Made by a program: the position numbers and the translations under genes. From an uncultured delta proteobacterium (lineage in GTDB: Bacteria > Myxococcota_A > Polyangia > Palsa-1104): a DNA stretch of 64,000 nt. Where the stretch lies: positions 224,001 through 288,000 of the forward strand of contig CAWAWS010000005.1 of NCBI GenBank assembly GCA_963785725.1, given 5' to 3'. Of this stretch, positions 43,152-55,300 are shown in pieces. Below the pieces are notes generated by a model. The model made no database searches, was not told the DNA's origin, and worked only from the letters and a program-made list of their open reading frames with translations. The stretch's first letter is position 1. Each line of letters begins with the position of its first letter.

Positions 43152-44624
43152 TTACAAGAAGTCGACGCGCAGGTTCTCTTGCTTGCGCCGCTCGGCCACG
43201 TCGCTGACGTACTCCAGCATCTGCGGATAGCTCAGCACGACCTCTTGGAAGCGCTCGCGCGGCAGCTCCAAGGCCCAACATTTCGTGCGCGTCTCGATCG
43301 TCGCCGATGCCGGCTGGCGCTGCAGCAGCGACATCTCGCCGCAGACGTCGCCGGGGCCGAGCGCCGCGATTTGCCCGGGCGCCCCACGCAAGACGCGCGC
43401 TTCGCCGCACAGGATGAGGAACAGCCCCGGCGCCCGCTCGCCTTCGACGATGACGCGCATGCCCGGCTCCAGCTCCAAGAACAGGAATTGGTCGGAGAGC
43501 TGGCGCGCTTCGTCGGGCGCGAACGACGCGAACAGCGGCGACGCACCGAGCAGCCGATCGAGCAGGCGATCGCGGAAGAAGCGCAAGAGCGTCTTCAGCA
43601 CCTCGGGCGAGCGCTGCACGACTTCGCCGATGAGCTCGCGGGAGAATTCGAGCAACTGCGTCGGCTGCGCGGCCACGGCGGTCGCCGAGCGCGGGAAGTT
43701 GGTCAGGAGCGCCAGCTCGCCGAAGAAGGCGCCGTCCTCGAGCTGCGCCAGCTCGCGCGGCGGCTGGGCGACGAGGATCTGCACGCGGCCGTGGACGATG
43801 ACGAAGAGCGAGCCGCCCGCTTCGCCCTCCTGCAGGATGCGCTCGCCCGGCGCAAAGTCGCGCACCTGGACGCGCTCGATGACGTGGCGCAGATCGTCGT
43901 GGCCGAGCGACGACAGGAGCGGGATACGCGGCAGCTGCGTGGGCGCCGTCGCTTTTTGCGGCGGTGGCGGCGCGTCGTCGTCGAGGAGGCTGCCGAAGTC
44001 CAGCTCGTCGTCGGCGATCGCCGGCAGCGGCGGCGCGGCGTCGGCGCCGGCAGGCGGCGCCGGCACGTCGACGGTCTCCTCGACCTCGTCGTCGAGCGTA
44101 ATCTCGTACGCGGCCGGCGCGTCGGGCACGATGGCCGCGAACTGCTGACTGACGCGGCCGCCGAGCAGCGTGCGCAGCGGCAAGGCGTCGAGCGGCGCGG
44201 CCAGATCACCGACGGGCGCCGGCATGATCGCAGCGCGCGCCGGCGGTTGCGGCTTGGCCGCCGGCTTCAAGAGCTCGCTCGTCGGCGCCGGCACGCTGCC
44301 TTCGCGCTTGGCGTAGAGGTCGGCCAGCATCGCCTGCGTCGTCGTATGGCGCGCGTCGAGCTGCAGGATCACTTTGCAGACGGCGATCGCCTTGAGGAGA
44401 AAGCCGCCGCGCGCATAACCCTCGGCGCCGATGCTCAGCTCGGCCACGGCCTGCGCGGCGTTGGGCACCTTGCGCAGCGCTTCGCCCGCGCGCTGATGCC
44501 AGTCGGGCTCGTTGGGCTCGGCGGCGGCGATCTGCAGGTACAGCTCGGCCGCTCTGGCGTACTGCTTCTTCTCGACCGCTTGCGTGGCCTGGTCCTTCAC
44601 CTTGCGGAGATCGACTTTGGCCAT
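43152..44624 (-). CDS. TPR plus tandem cyclic-nucleotide-binding domain protein (possible GTG start at 44630)
   Basis: N-terminal TPR-like helices (KAIAVCKVIL), Pro/Asp linker, FFGELALL..PRSATA and CGEMSLL..PASATI. Confidence 0.85.
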   Translation of the reverse strand: MAKVDLRKVKDQATQAVEKKQYARAAELYLQIAAAEPNEPDWHQRAGEALRKVPNAAQAVAELSIGAEGYARGGFLLKAIAVCKVILQLDARHTTTQAMLADLYAKREGSVPAPTSELLKPAAKPQPPARAAIMPAPVGDLAAPLDALPLRTLLGGRVSQQFAAIVPDAPAAYEITLDDEVEETVDVPAPPAGADAAPPLPAIADDELDFGSLLDDDAPPPPQKATAPTQLPRIPLLSSLGHDDLRHVIERVQVRDFAPGERILQEGEAGGSLFVIVHGRVQILVAQPPRELAQLEDGAFFGELALLTNFPRSATAVAAQPTQLLEFSRELIGEVVQRSPEVLKTLLRFFRDRLLDRLLGASPLFASFAPDEARQLSDQFLFLELEPGMRVIVEGERAPGLFLILCGEARVLRGAPGQIAALGPGDVCGEMSLLQRQPASATIETRTKCWALELPRERFQEVVLSYPQMLEYVSDVAERRKQENLRVDFL

Positions 44625-44654
44625 CAGCACGACTTTATAATATCGTCGTCGACG

Positions 44655-45017
44655 ATGCCACCGCCGCTGCAGCCGCCGCCCTACCCGCTCGACGACGCGC
44701 GCCTCTTGCCGGTGACGCGGCTCGAGGTCTTCACCGGCGGCGGTCCGGGCGGGCAACATCGCAACAAGACGCAGAACGCCGTGCGCCTCTTGCACGAGCC
44801 GAGCGGCGTCATCGTGACGGCGACGGAGCGGCGCAGCTTGGAGGCCAACCGGCAGGCGGCGTTCGAGCGGCTGCGCGAGCGCTTGCGGCAGCTCAACTAC
44901 GTGCCCAAGCGGCGCAAGGCGACCCGGCCGACGCACGGCTCGGTCAAGCGGCGTCTCGCGGCCAAGACCGAGTCGTCGCGCAAGAAGGCCGATCGCCGCC
45001 GCCCCATCGACGACTAG
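44655..45017 (+). CDS. arfB: ArfB/YaeJ-like GGQ peptidyl-tRNA hydrolase (ribosome rescue)
   Basis: GGPGGQHRNKT, ERRSLEANR, basic tail PKRRKATRP...RRLAAK. Confidence 0.75.
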   Translation: MPPPLQPPPYPLDDARLLPVTRLEVFTGGGPGGQHRNKTQNAVRLLHEPSGVIVTATERRSLEANRQAAFERLRERLRQLNYVPKRRKATRPTHGSVKRRLAAKTESSRKKADRRRPIDD

Positions 45018-45040
45018 CTCGGGCTGCCTAGAACGATCGT

Positions 45041-46763
45041 GTGTATCGATCGTCATTCCAGCGCGTCTCCCTCCTGATTCTGCTGTCGACGGGCTCGGCG
45101 CTCGCTGAGCCTGGGCCGGCGCTGTCGGCGCGGGTCGTGCTCGCCGCTCGTGCAGGTGTTTCCGTCGTCGGTGCCGCCGGGCGAGCCGGACGCGAAGCTG
45201 GAGGCGGCGCGCGGCGAGTTCGAGCCGTTCCAGATCGCCGTCCGCGCGGTCGGGCCGAACGCGCTCGGCGGCGTCAGCGCCGCGGCCGCGCCGCTCGTCG
45301 GGCCAAACGGCGCGACGCTGCCGGCGCCGCGGCTCTATCGCGTCGACTATCTCGACGTCGCGACGCCGTCGTCGGGCGAAGGCCGCGCCGGGCGCTGGCC
45401 GGACGCGCTCGTGCCCGACGTCGACGCGTTCGTGAACGAGAAGCGGCGCGCGTTTCCCTTCGACGTGCCGGCCGGGGAGTCGCGCGCCGTGTGGGTCGAA
45501 GTTTACGTGCCCGAGGCGGCGGCGCCGGGCGTCTATCGCGGGCAGGTGCGCCTGACGACGACGACGCAGGCGTCGCTCGTCGTGCCGGTGACGCTGACGG
45601 TGCACAGCTTCACGCTGCCGAAGTCGTCGTCGCTGCCGGTGACGTTTGGGTTCACGGCGGGCGCGGTCGGAAAGCAGCATCCGAAGCTGTCGGCGAAGGC
45701 GCAGGCGCAGCTCATCGAGCGCTATGAAGTGCTGGCGCTGCGGCATCGCTTGAGCCTGCACGGCGGTTCGTTCGAGCCGCCGCCGTGGCACGTGCGCGAC
45801 GGCAAGCCGGTCGTCGACTTCGGCGGCTACGACGCCGAAGTCGGGCCGTTCCTCGACGGCAAAGTCGATCCGGGCGGGCCGGCCGAAGGCGCGCGCTGGA
45901 CGGCGTTCGAGCTGCGCGTGCCGGCCAAGATCGTCGGGCCAGATCGCGCCGATTACGTCAAGCAGCTCGTCGACCACTTGCAGAAGCGCGGCTGGCTCGA
46001 TCGCGTGTTCGACTACACCTTCGACGAGCCGGCCGACACGCAGCTGGGCGAGGTCGTGCAGCGCGCGCAGGCGTTCCGCGCGCTGACGCCTATCGTGCCG
46101 CGCCTCGTGACGCACGTGTTCGACGCGCGGCTCAAAGGCAGCGTCGACATTTGGTGCCCGGTGCTCAACTACGTCGACGACAAGCCGGGCAACTCCGACT
46201 CGCCGCCGCGCAAGACCTACGATAAAGAGCGGCAAAGGCTGTGGTGGTACCAGTCGTGTATGAGCCACGGCTGCAACATCACCGGCGGCGACTACTTCAG
46301 CGGCTGGCCCAGCTACGTCGTCGACGCGCCGGCGATGAGCCATCGCATCATGGAGTGGCTGACGTTCCGTTATCGCGTCGGCGGCGAGCTCTACTACAAC
46401 ACCGTCGAGGGTTACGCCAAAGGGCTCGACCCGTGGAAGAATCAGCTGCTCTTCGGCGGCAACGGCGACGGCACGCTCTTTTATCCCGGCCGCACCGACG
46501 TCATCGGCGGCACGACCGACATTCCCGTCGCCAGCATTCGCCTGGCGCTCATCCGCGAAGGCTTGGAAGACTACGAATATCTGCGGCTTTACGCGCTGGC
46601 GGCGGGGCAAAAGCAGGCCGACGCCTTGGCGGCGTCGATCGCGGGCAAGACCTATCAGTGGGAGCACGACGCGGCGCGCCTCATGGCCGCGCGCCATCGC
46701 ATGGCGGAGGCGATCGATCGCGCGGTTGCGTCGGGCCAGCGGATCGGCGTAACTGCTCGGTAG
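45041..46763 (+). CDS. Secreted DUF4091/GH123-like glycoside hydrolase, frameshift near 45140
   Basis: Signal peptide in the 45041 frame; AARGEFEPFQ, WPDALVP, YTFDEP, NGDGTLFYPG, SIRLALIREGLEDYEYL. Confidence 0.75.
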
Positions 46764-46764
46764 C

Positions 46765-47646
46765 GTGCGCTTCATCTTCGCAGTGTTGATGCTGAGTGGC
46801 TGTATGGCTTCCGGGCCGCGTCTGCGCTTCGTGTCGTCGACGGCGACGCAGGCTTCGTGGTCGCTCGTCGTCGACGATCGGGCGCGCGGCGGCCAGTTAT
46901 GGGTCGACGGCCGGCCGCGCGACGAGGATTGCGACCGCGTGCGCTCGCAGATCCGCTGTGAATTGCGCGGCGTTTGGCCGGGCGGTCACATCTTCGAGCT
47001 GCGCGTGGCCGGCGCCGTCATGAAGCGCACGGTGCTCATCGGCAAGCCGTGGCCGGAGCGCCTGGCGCTCGTGCGCGTGGCGACGCCGGAAGAGGTCGAA
47101 GCCGCGGCCAAAGCCGGCGCCGACGGCATCCTCATCACCGGCGGCGAGACGCGCAGCCTCGTCAACGCCGCGCACGGCGCCGGCACGCGCGCGTTCGTGT
47201 GGTCGGACGCCACCGCCGTCGAATGGGCCGGCGCCGACGGCATCGTGGCCGGCGTCATGCCGAAGGAGCTGCAGGCGCGCTTCACCGAGGCGCGCGGCTT
47301 GGGCACGCCGCCGCCGGAAGTCGCCGACGCCGCCGCGGCCGCGCTGGCGCTCTTGTCGGGCAACGCCATCGTGCCGGCGTCGGCGTTCGAGTTCTTGCGC
47401 GAGCGGCGCCATCATCGCTCGCTGCAGCAGGGGCAAGCGAAGCCGACCAACGACGACGCGCCGCCGAAGCATCGCGCGATGGCCGTCGACGATCGCGGCA
47501 AGGATGCGATGACGGTCTATGTGAACTTGGATACGGCGCCGTGGGAAGTGCACAGCTATTCGCCGCCGATCGCGCCCAACAACGTGCGCACCGAGCGGCA
47601 GAGCGTCGAAGTGCACGAGGGCTCGTCGGGCATTACGACCTATTAG
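46765..47646 (+). CDS. Putative lipoprotein of unknown function
   Basis: Lipobox LSGC; follows the DUF4091 gene after 1 nt. Confidence 0.65.
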   Translation: MRFIFAVLMLSGCMASGPRLRFVSSTATQASWSLVVDDRARGGQLWVDGRPRDEDCDRVRSQIRCELRGVWPGGHIFELRVAGAVMKRTVLIGKPWPERLALVRVATPEEVEAAAKAGADGILITGGETRSLVNAAHGAGTRAFVWSDATAVEWAGADGIVAGVMPKELQARFTEARGLGTPPPEVADAAAAALALLSGNAIVPASAFEFLRERRHHRSLQQGQAKPTNDDAPPKHRAMAVDDRGKDAMTVYVNLDTAPWEVHSYSPPIAPNNVRTERQSVEVHEGSSGITTY

Positions 47647-47694
47647 TCGCGCTCGCCTTACCGCTGGCTTGCGGGTCGAATCCGCGATCGGTTG

Positions 47695-49130
<1,436 letters not shown>

Positions 49131-49134
<4 letters not shown>

Positions 49135-52100
49135 AGACGACCGAGCGGAATTCCCCAGTTGAAGTGAATGCGCCCGGGAAAATGCGTATACCACGGCGAC
49201 GTCTTCCAGCGCTCCTCGGCCAGCGTCTGCGTCAGCGGATAGGCGTACTCGACCGACAGCGGCCCGACCGGCGTGATGATGCGTAAGAGGCTGATGCCGA
49301 TCGAGTGGCGGAAGTCGCTCCAGCGCACCTGGTCGAGGCCGTTGACGATGGCGCCCATGTCCCAAAAGAGCGCACCATCCCAGGGCAGCTGCAGACCGAG
49401 GAACGTCTTGGCGATGGGGAACTGCAGATCGATCGTGTTCAGGAAGCGGATGTTGCCGCCTTCGGGGATGACGCTGAACGCCGGCTGACCGCCGAGCGGC
49501 GACGGGCTCGAGCGGATGATCTCGGTCTTGAGCGTGTCGGTGTCGAAGCCGCGCGTCGAGACGTCGCCGCCGGCGTAGAAGCGCTCGACGAGCGGCAGCG
49601 CCGGGCCGTTGATGGGGAAGCCGTGCGAGTAGCGCACGTTGCCCATGAGCGTGAACTCCGACTGGCGCACCTTGAACGGCAACATGCCGATGGCCTGCCC
49701 TTCGAGCGCGACGAACTCGGTCGGCGCCGTGCCGTTGGGGTGCGAATAGGCGGCGGTCCCGGACAAGAGCCAGCCTTTGACGGGCGCGAGCGGGTTGAGC
49801 GAGCCGTCGGCGCCGGTGCGGCGATCCCAGACGAGGCCGGTGACGATCTTGGTGATGAGCGTGTTGTCCGGGATCGACGTCGAGTCGTTGGAGCTGAGCA
49901 GGCGCAGAAAGCCGACGCTGATGTTGGCCAGATAGGCGTCGTAGCGCAGGAACGCGCGCAGCGACGGCGCCAAGTTGCGCGTCACGCCGAGCGAGCCGCC
50001 GTAGCTGGTGATGAGGCCGAAGCGGTTGGTGTCCTCGTGGCGATAGAAGCCGTTCAAGTCGAGCCGCCAGCCGGGGCCGAGGATGCGCACGTCGGTGTAA
50101 CGCGCCGACGCGCCCCACGTGATCGGGTTGTGCAGGATGGCCGCCAGCCAGGCGAAGTCGGCCTTGAGCTCGAGCTGCGAGCCGATGCCGACGAAGTTGG
50201 CCCACAAGTAGCTGCCTTGCACGTAGAGGTAGTCGGGCAGCCGGTCGGAGGCGGCGCCGATGGCGAAGGTCAAGCTGCCGCCGGCCTCGAGATAGCGCTC
50301 CTGCACCGTCACCAAGATCGGCACCGCCGACGGACCGATCGGATGCTCGTCGGGGAACTGCGGCTCGACGCGCGCCACGTTGAAGATGAGGTGCGTCTGC
50401 AGGTTGCGCTCGGCCGCTTCGATCTTCTTGTAGTCGAAGAGCTCGCCCACTTTGAACGGCAGATCGCGGCGAATCGCGAACACCGCGGTCTTGAAGTTGC
50501 CGCGCACGAGGATGTCGCCGAAGCGCACCTCGGGACCCTCGGTGATGACGTAGCGCAGGATGACGCGGTCGTGCGCGTCGTTCCACTCCGACGTCGTCGG
50601 ATCGATCTTCACGTACGGATGGCCCGACGTCTTGTAGATATCGCGGAGCCGATTGATGTCGTCGGTCTCGGCCTGCTCGGTGTATGCGTCGCCGAAGCCG
50701 AGCTTGAGCGCCTTGAAGATGTCGAACTCGGTCTTGACGTGCGGCCCGACGAAGGTGACCTCGGTGTGGCCGACCTCCTCTTTGCGCCCTTCGTCGATGT
50801 AGAAGCGGACGTAGACGTCGCCGCCGCCGCCGGCGCCCGAGACCTCGGCCGCGAACACGCCGAGCGCGTCGAACGCCGCCGGATCGCGCGCCACCTCGCT
50901 GCGCACTTTGACGAGCGGATAGCCGCGCGATTTGTAGAACGCCGCGATGCGATCGGCGTCCTGCGACAGCTGCAGCTGCGTGACGTAGCCGCCTTCGCCG
51001 AGCCCGATGGCGCCCAACGTCGGGAACGGCTTGGTCTCGAGCTCGGCCTTGCTCTTGATCTCCTGCGCGTCGATGTGCAGCGGCGCGCCCGACTCGGAGG
51101 TCAGCTCGACGCGCCGCACCTTGAGCTCGGGCCCCTCTTCGACCGTGAAGGTGATGTCCTCCACTTCGTCGCCTTTGGGCTGCCCGCTCTCGTCGACGGC
51201 CGGCCGGCGCAGCGCGCGCCGAAACGTCACGCGGGCCTCGAAGTAGCCGTGCTTTTGATACTCGCGCTGCACCGCCTTGGCGCTCTCGGTCAGCTCCACT
51301 TCGTCGTAGGCGCCGGCCGAGAAGATCGTCAGCTGCTCGCGCAGCTCGGCCGCCGTGATGGCGCGATTGCCGACGAAGTGCACCTCCACCTTGCGCTTGA
51401 GCGCGATGCGCACCGGCAGGTGGATGCGATGGGTCTTCTTGTCGGCGTCGCGCTCGAACACGAAGTCGCAGGTCACGCGCGCCGCCGGATAGCCCGCGTC
51501 GCGCAGGATCTTCTCGGCTTTGCGCGAGTCCTCACGCATCTGCGACACCTTGAAGCGCAGCCAATGGCCGAAGATCTCCATCAGCCGCGTCTCCGAGAGG
51601 TGCGTCGCGCCGTCGGCGTGATCGTAGCTGGCCACCACTTTCTCGAGCTTGTACGACGAGCCGAGATCGAGCGTGATGACGAGGTCGACCCACTCGCCGC
51701 GGACCTTGCGCTCGTAGTGATGGCGCACGTGCTCCCAGTCCATCGCCAGCCGCGGCTCGATGTTGACCGTGGCCTCGAAGTAGCCTTCGTTGAAGAGGTA
51801 CTTGCGGATGTTCTCGGCTTCGTCGTCGAGCAGACCGCGCAGCTTGGAGTCGGTGACGAGCGGCTGGCCGGTGCGCACGGTCAGGTGGCGGATGATCTCG
51901 TCGTCGAAGAGCGGCCAGTCGTGCTTGACGATCAGGTTGCGCACGATGCGCACCGGCTCGATGGCGAGATGCAGCCGCACGAGACCGGGCCCCGTCGGAT
52001 CGAGCCGCAAGTCGGTCTGGCGATAGCCGAGCCGGAACAGCAGCTCGTTGAGGCGATTCTGCTCCGCCTGGCCGAAGGGCGCGCCGACGCTCAGGCCCAA

Positions 52101-52289
52101 GAAGCCGAGCAGCGCCGACTTGGAGTCGCGGATGCGGCCTTCGAGCTCGATGCCCGACAGCCGCTCCGTCGTCTGCGCCGGCTCCGGCGCAGCCGCGGCC
52201 GTCGTCTTCGTCGTCTGCGTCGTCTCTTGGGCGCGCACGACGGCCGTGGACGCGAAGAGGACCACGACGATGGCGAGCGCCGGACGCAA
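49131..52289 (-). CDS. Second Omp85-family protein (TamA/BamA-like) with multiple POTRA domains
   Basis: Signal peptide, POTRA motifs (GYFEA, GNFKT), ERFYAGG, TRGF, TPVGPL. Confidence 0.85.
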
Positions 52290-52344
52290 GTCGACCGAGG
52301 ATAAATCAGGTATTGGGCGGACCGGAGATTTTATACGGCATGGC

Positions 52345-55300
52345 TCAGTAGCCGAGCGGGAAGCGCAGGCGCAGCTCGCCGCGACCGGACGTCAGCGAAT
52401 CCTGTAGGGTTTCGACGCCGCGCGTGAGGTATTCGACGCGGCCGATGCCCGACCACTCCATCGGGCGATCGGACAGCTTGAGCTCGATGGAGCCGCCGAA
52501 GCGGCTGGAGCCGGCGAAGCCGAGCTCGCCTTGGCCGCAGGTCTTGAAGTAGCGGCCGAAGCGCTTGCACAGCTTGAGATCGAAGGAGCTGCCGCCGAAC
52601 TCGACGTTGACGGTGTCGAAGCCGGTGACGCGCTTGAGCGGATCGGAGATGAACTGCCCGACGGTGGCGCCGGACAGCGTCTTGGCCATGGCGTCGGTCG
52701 GCGAGCCCTGCTGCTGCGCCAGGACGGTGGCGCTCGTGCCCTGCGCGGCGCGGCGAATTTCGTCGGGGCTTTGCCCGCCGAAGAGGATGAGCAGCACCGT
52801 GCTGGCGTTCCAGCCGTCGAGCGAGCCGAGCTCGAGCCGCGGCGACATGGCCGTGCCCGACAGGCGCATCGTCAGCGTGTGCTGCTGCTCGTAGCGGTCG
52901 ATATAGGGCGCCGTCGCCGACAGATCGATCGTCGGCGTGTCGGTGGGGAACTTCTTGGACTCCTCGAAGCGGACGCTGCCGCGATCGGTGTCGAAGTTGT
53001 AGCGCGCGCCGGGCGGCTTCAAGATGCCGCCTTCGTCGATGTTGATGGTGCCGTCGGCGTGCCACTCCGACAGCGTGCCCGAGATGGCCAAGTTGGCGCT
53101 CAAGGTCAGCTCGGCGATGTTGCTCTTGACGATGAGCGAGCCCGTCGACTGCGCGCGCAAATCGAGGCGCATCGTCTCCAGCAGCGGGCTCGACTCCCAG
53201 AACGGCGTCGACACCTCGGTGACTTTGGGCCGGAAGACCATGCCGAGGAGCTCGAAGTTCTGCGCGTAACGGCCTTCGACCAAGTTGATGTTGCCCTTGA
53301 GCGTGAGGCCGTTGCCGTCGCCGTAGAGCTCGATCGTGGGCGAGAAGCTGACCGACCACGTCGGCTGCGAATAGCGAATCTCGCGGCCGGTGGCCCAGAC
53401 GTCGAGGCGCTTCAAGCTCCACTCGTCGCCGATGGACACGCGCGCGTCGACGCTGTCGATCTTCGATTCGTCGTCGATCATGCCGGTCAAGGAGCGGCAG
53501 CCTTGCGGCTTGCCGCCGGTCTTGGGGCAGCCGATGGCGACGTCGAAGTTCTCGAAGATGACGGTGCCCCCGTTGATGCGCAGATCGCGGCCGAGCTTGC
53601 GCGCGCGGAAGACGACGTCGTGCACCTCGGCCGAGCCGCGCCATTGCGGGTGCGACCACACGCCGCCGATGCGCACGTCGACCTTCAAGCTGCCCGACGC
53701 ATCCGCGAGCTGATCGAGCCAGCGCCACTGAAACAGGGCCGGCGTGATCTCGCCCGTGATTTCGCCTTTGATCGCGCCCGGCGTCCAGTCGTTCAGCGTC
53801 ACTTCGCCCGAGGCTTTGGCCAGCTTGTCCTTGTCCGTCGAGACGACGACCTGGCTCAGCCGCACGTATTGCGGCGTGATGTCGATGCGACCGGAGGGAA
53901 TCTTCAGCTTCAAGTGACCGTCGAGGCCGCGCGGGATCAGCTCGGCCGCGCCGCGACCGCCGCCGATCTGCACGTAGCCGTTGATCTCGGGCTTCGACAG
54001 GTCGCCGGCGATGCGCAATTCGACGTTGGCGGGGCCGTGCGTGTGCTCGAACAGGCCGCGGAAGAAGTATTCGAGCAGCTCGAGGCCGATGGTGCCGCGC
54101 ATGTAGACGTCGTTCTTCTTGCCGCCGACCGTGCCTTCGACGAGGAACTCGCCGATCGCCGAATAGAGCCGCGTGCGCTTGATGGTCAGCGTCTTGCCGT
54201 CGGTGGACAGGCGCACCGGCTGATCCTTCGGGTTCTTGACGACGAGCGACTGCGGATGGCCGGTCTCGTCGGTCGAGTTGAGCGTCAGCGTGAGCTGCTC
54301 GAGCGTCAGCTGCGCGAACGTCAGGCCCGACTCGGAGTCGACGGTGATGGCGGCCTCGCCCGTCGCCCGGCCGTGCACCTCGGCCAGCTGGCGAATCTCG
54401 GGATAAAAGCGCTCCAGCTCGAGGTCTTGGAAGCGAATGTGCGCCACCAAGGCCAGCTTGGGCACGAGCGTGATGTAGCCGTCGACGAAGACGTTGCCGA
54501 AGAAGTGGCCGCTGATGTGGATGGCGTCGCCGCCGGGATCGAGCTTCAGGTCGCCGGCGCCGAGCAGCGCGTCGCGGACCTTGAAGGCGACGAGCGACAA
54601 GAGCCCGCCCGGCACCGGATGCTCGATGGTGCCGCCGACCTGCAAGTCGCCCGAGAGCGTGCCGGCGAGCGGAATCGGCACCGACGAGATGAACGGAATC
54701 GCCGTCAGCGGAAAGTCGCGCGGCTTCAGGCCCAGCGCCAGGTCGCCGTTCCAGCCGATGGTGCCTTTGCCGGCGAGCGAGCCGCCGCGCACGCGATGCA
54801 GCGACAGGTCGCGGATGGTGGCGCCGTCGTCGTCGAACTCGAGCGCCAGCTTGCCGCCTTGATAGGCGTCGCCTTGCATCGTCAGCTTCGGCAGGAGCAG
54901 GGTCGCCGAGCCGTGCGGATGGCCGAGCGCGCCGGCCAGGTCGATGTCGACGTGCGCGTCGCCTTGCAGGAGCGGCCAGCCGCTCAACGCCGTCAGCGAC
55001 AGGCCGTTGGCGACGAGCGCGGCACGAATCGTCGGCTGCGCGCGCGGATGGGCGAGGTCGTTGCCGAAGAGGCCGAGCTCGGCCGAGCCGGTGATGGTGG
55101 CGCCGAGGCCGCTGCCGGTGAGGTTGGAGACGATCATGGTGCCGCCGTTGAGCGACAGATCGGCCTCGAGCGTGGTCAACGTGCGCCGCTGATAGGTGAC
55201 GTTGTTGGCGATGGCGTGCAAGGTCAGCGTCGGACGCAGCGGCGGTCCGGTGACGCGGCCGACGGCGTGCACGGCGTCGACGTGCAGGCCGGCCGGCGCG

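Noticed and set aside
43152..46775. 1207-aa minus-strand ORF and other long antisense ORFs (402-2981, 49305-52304, 52531-56169, 59360-62326)
   Set aside because: Shadow frames of GC-rich genes with no recognisable motifs; only the last 490 aa of the 1207-aa ORF are real
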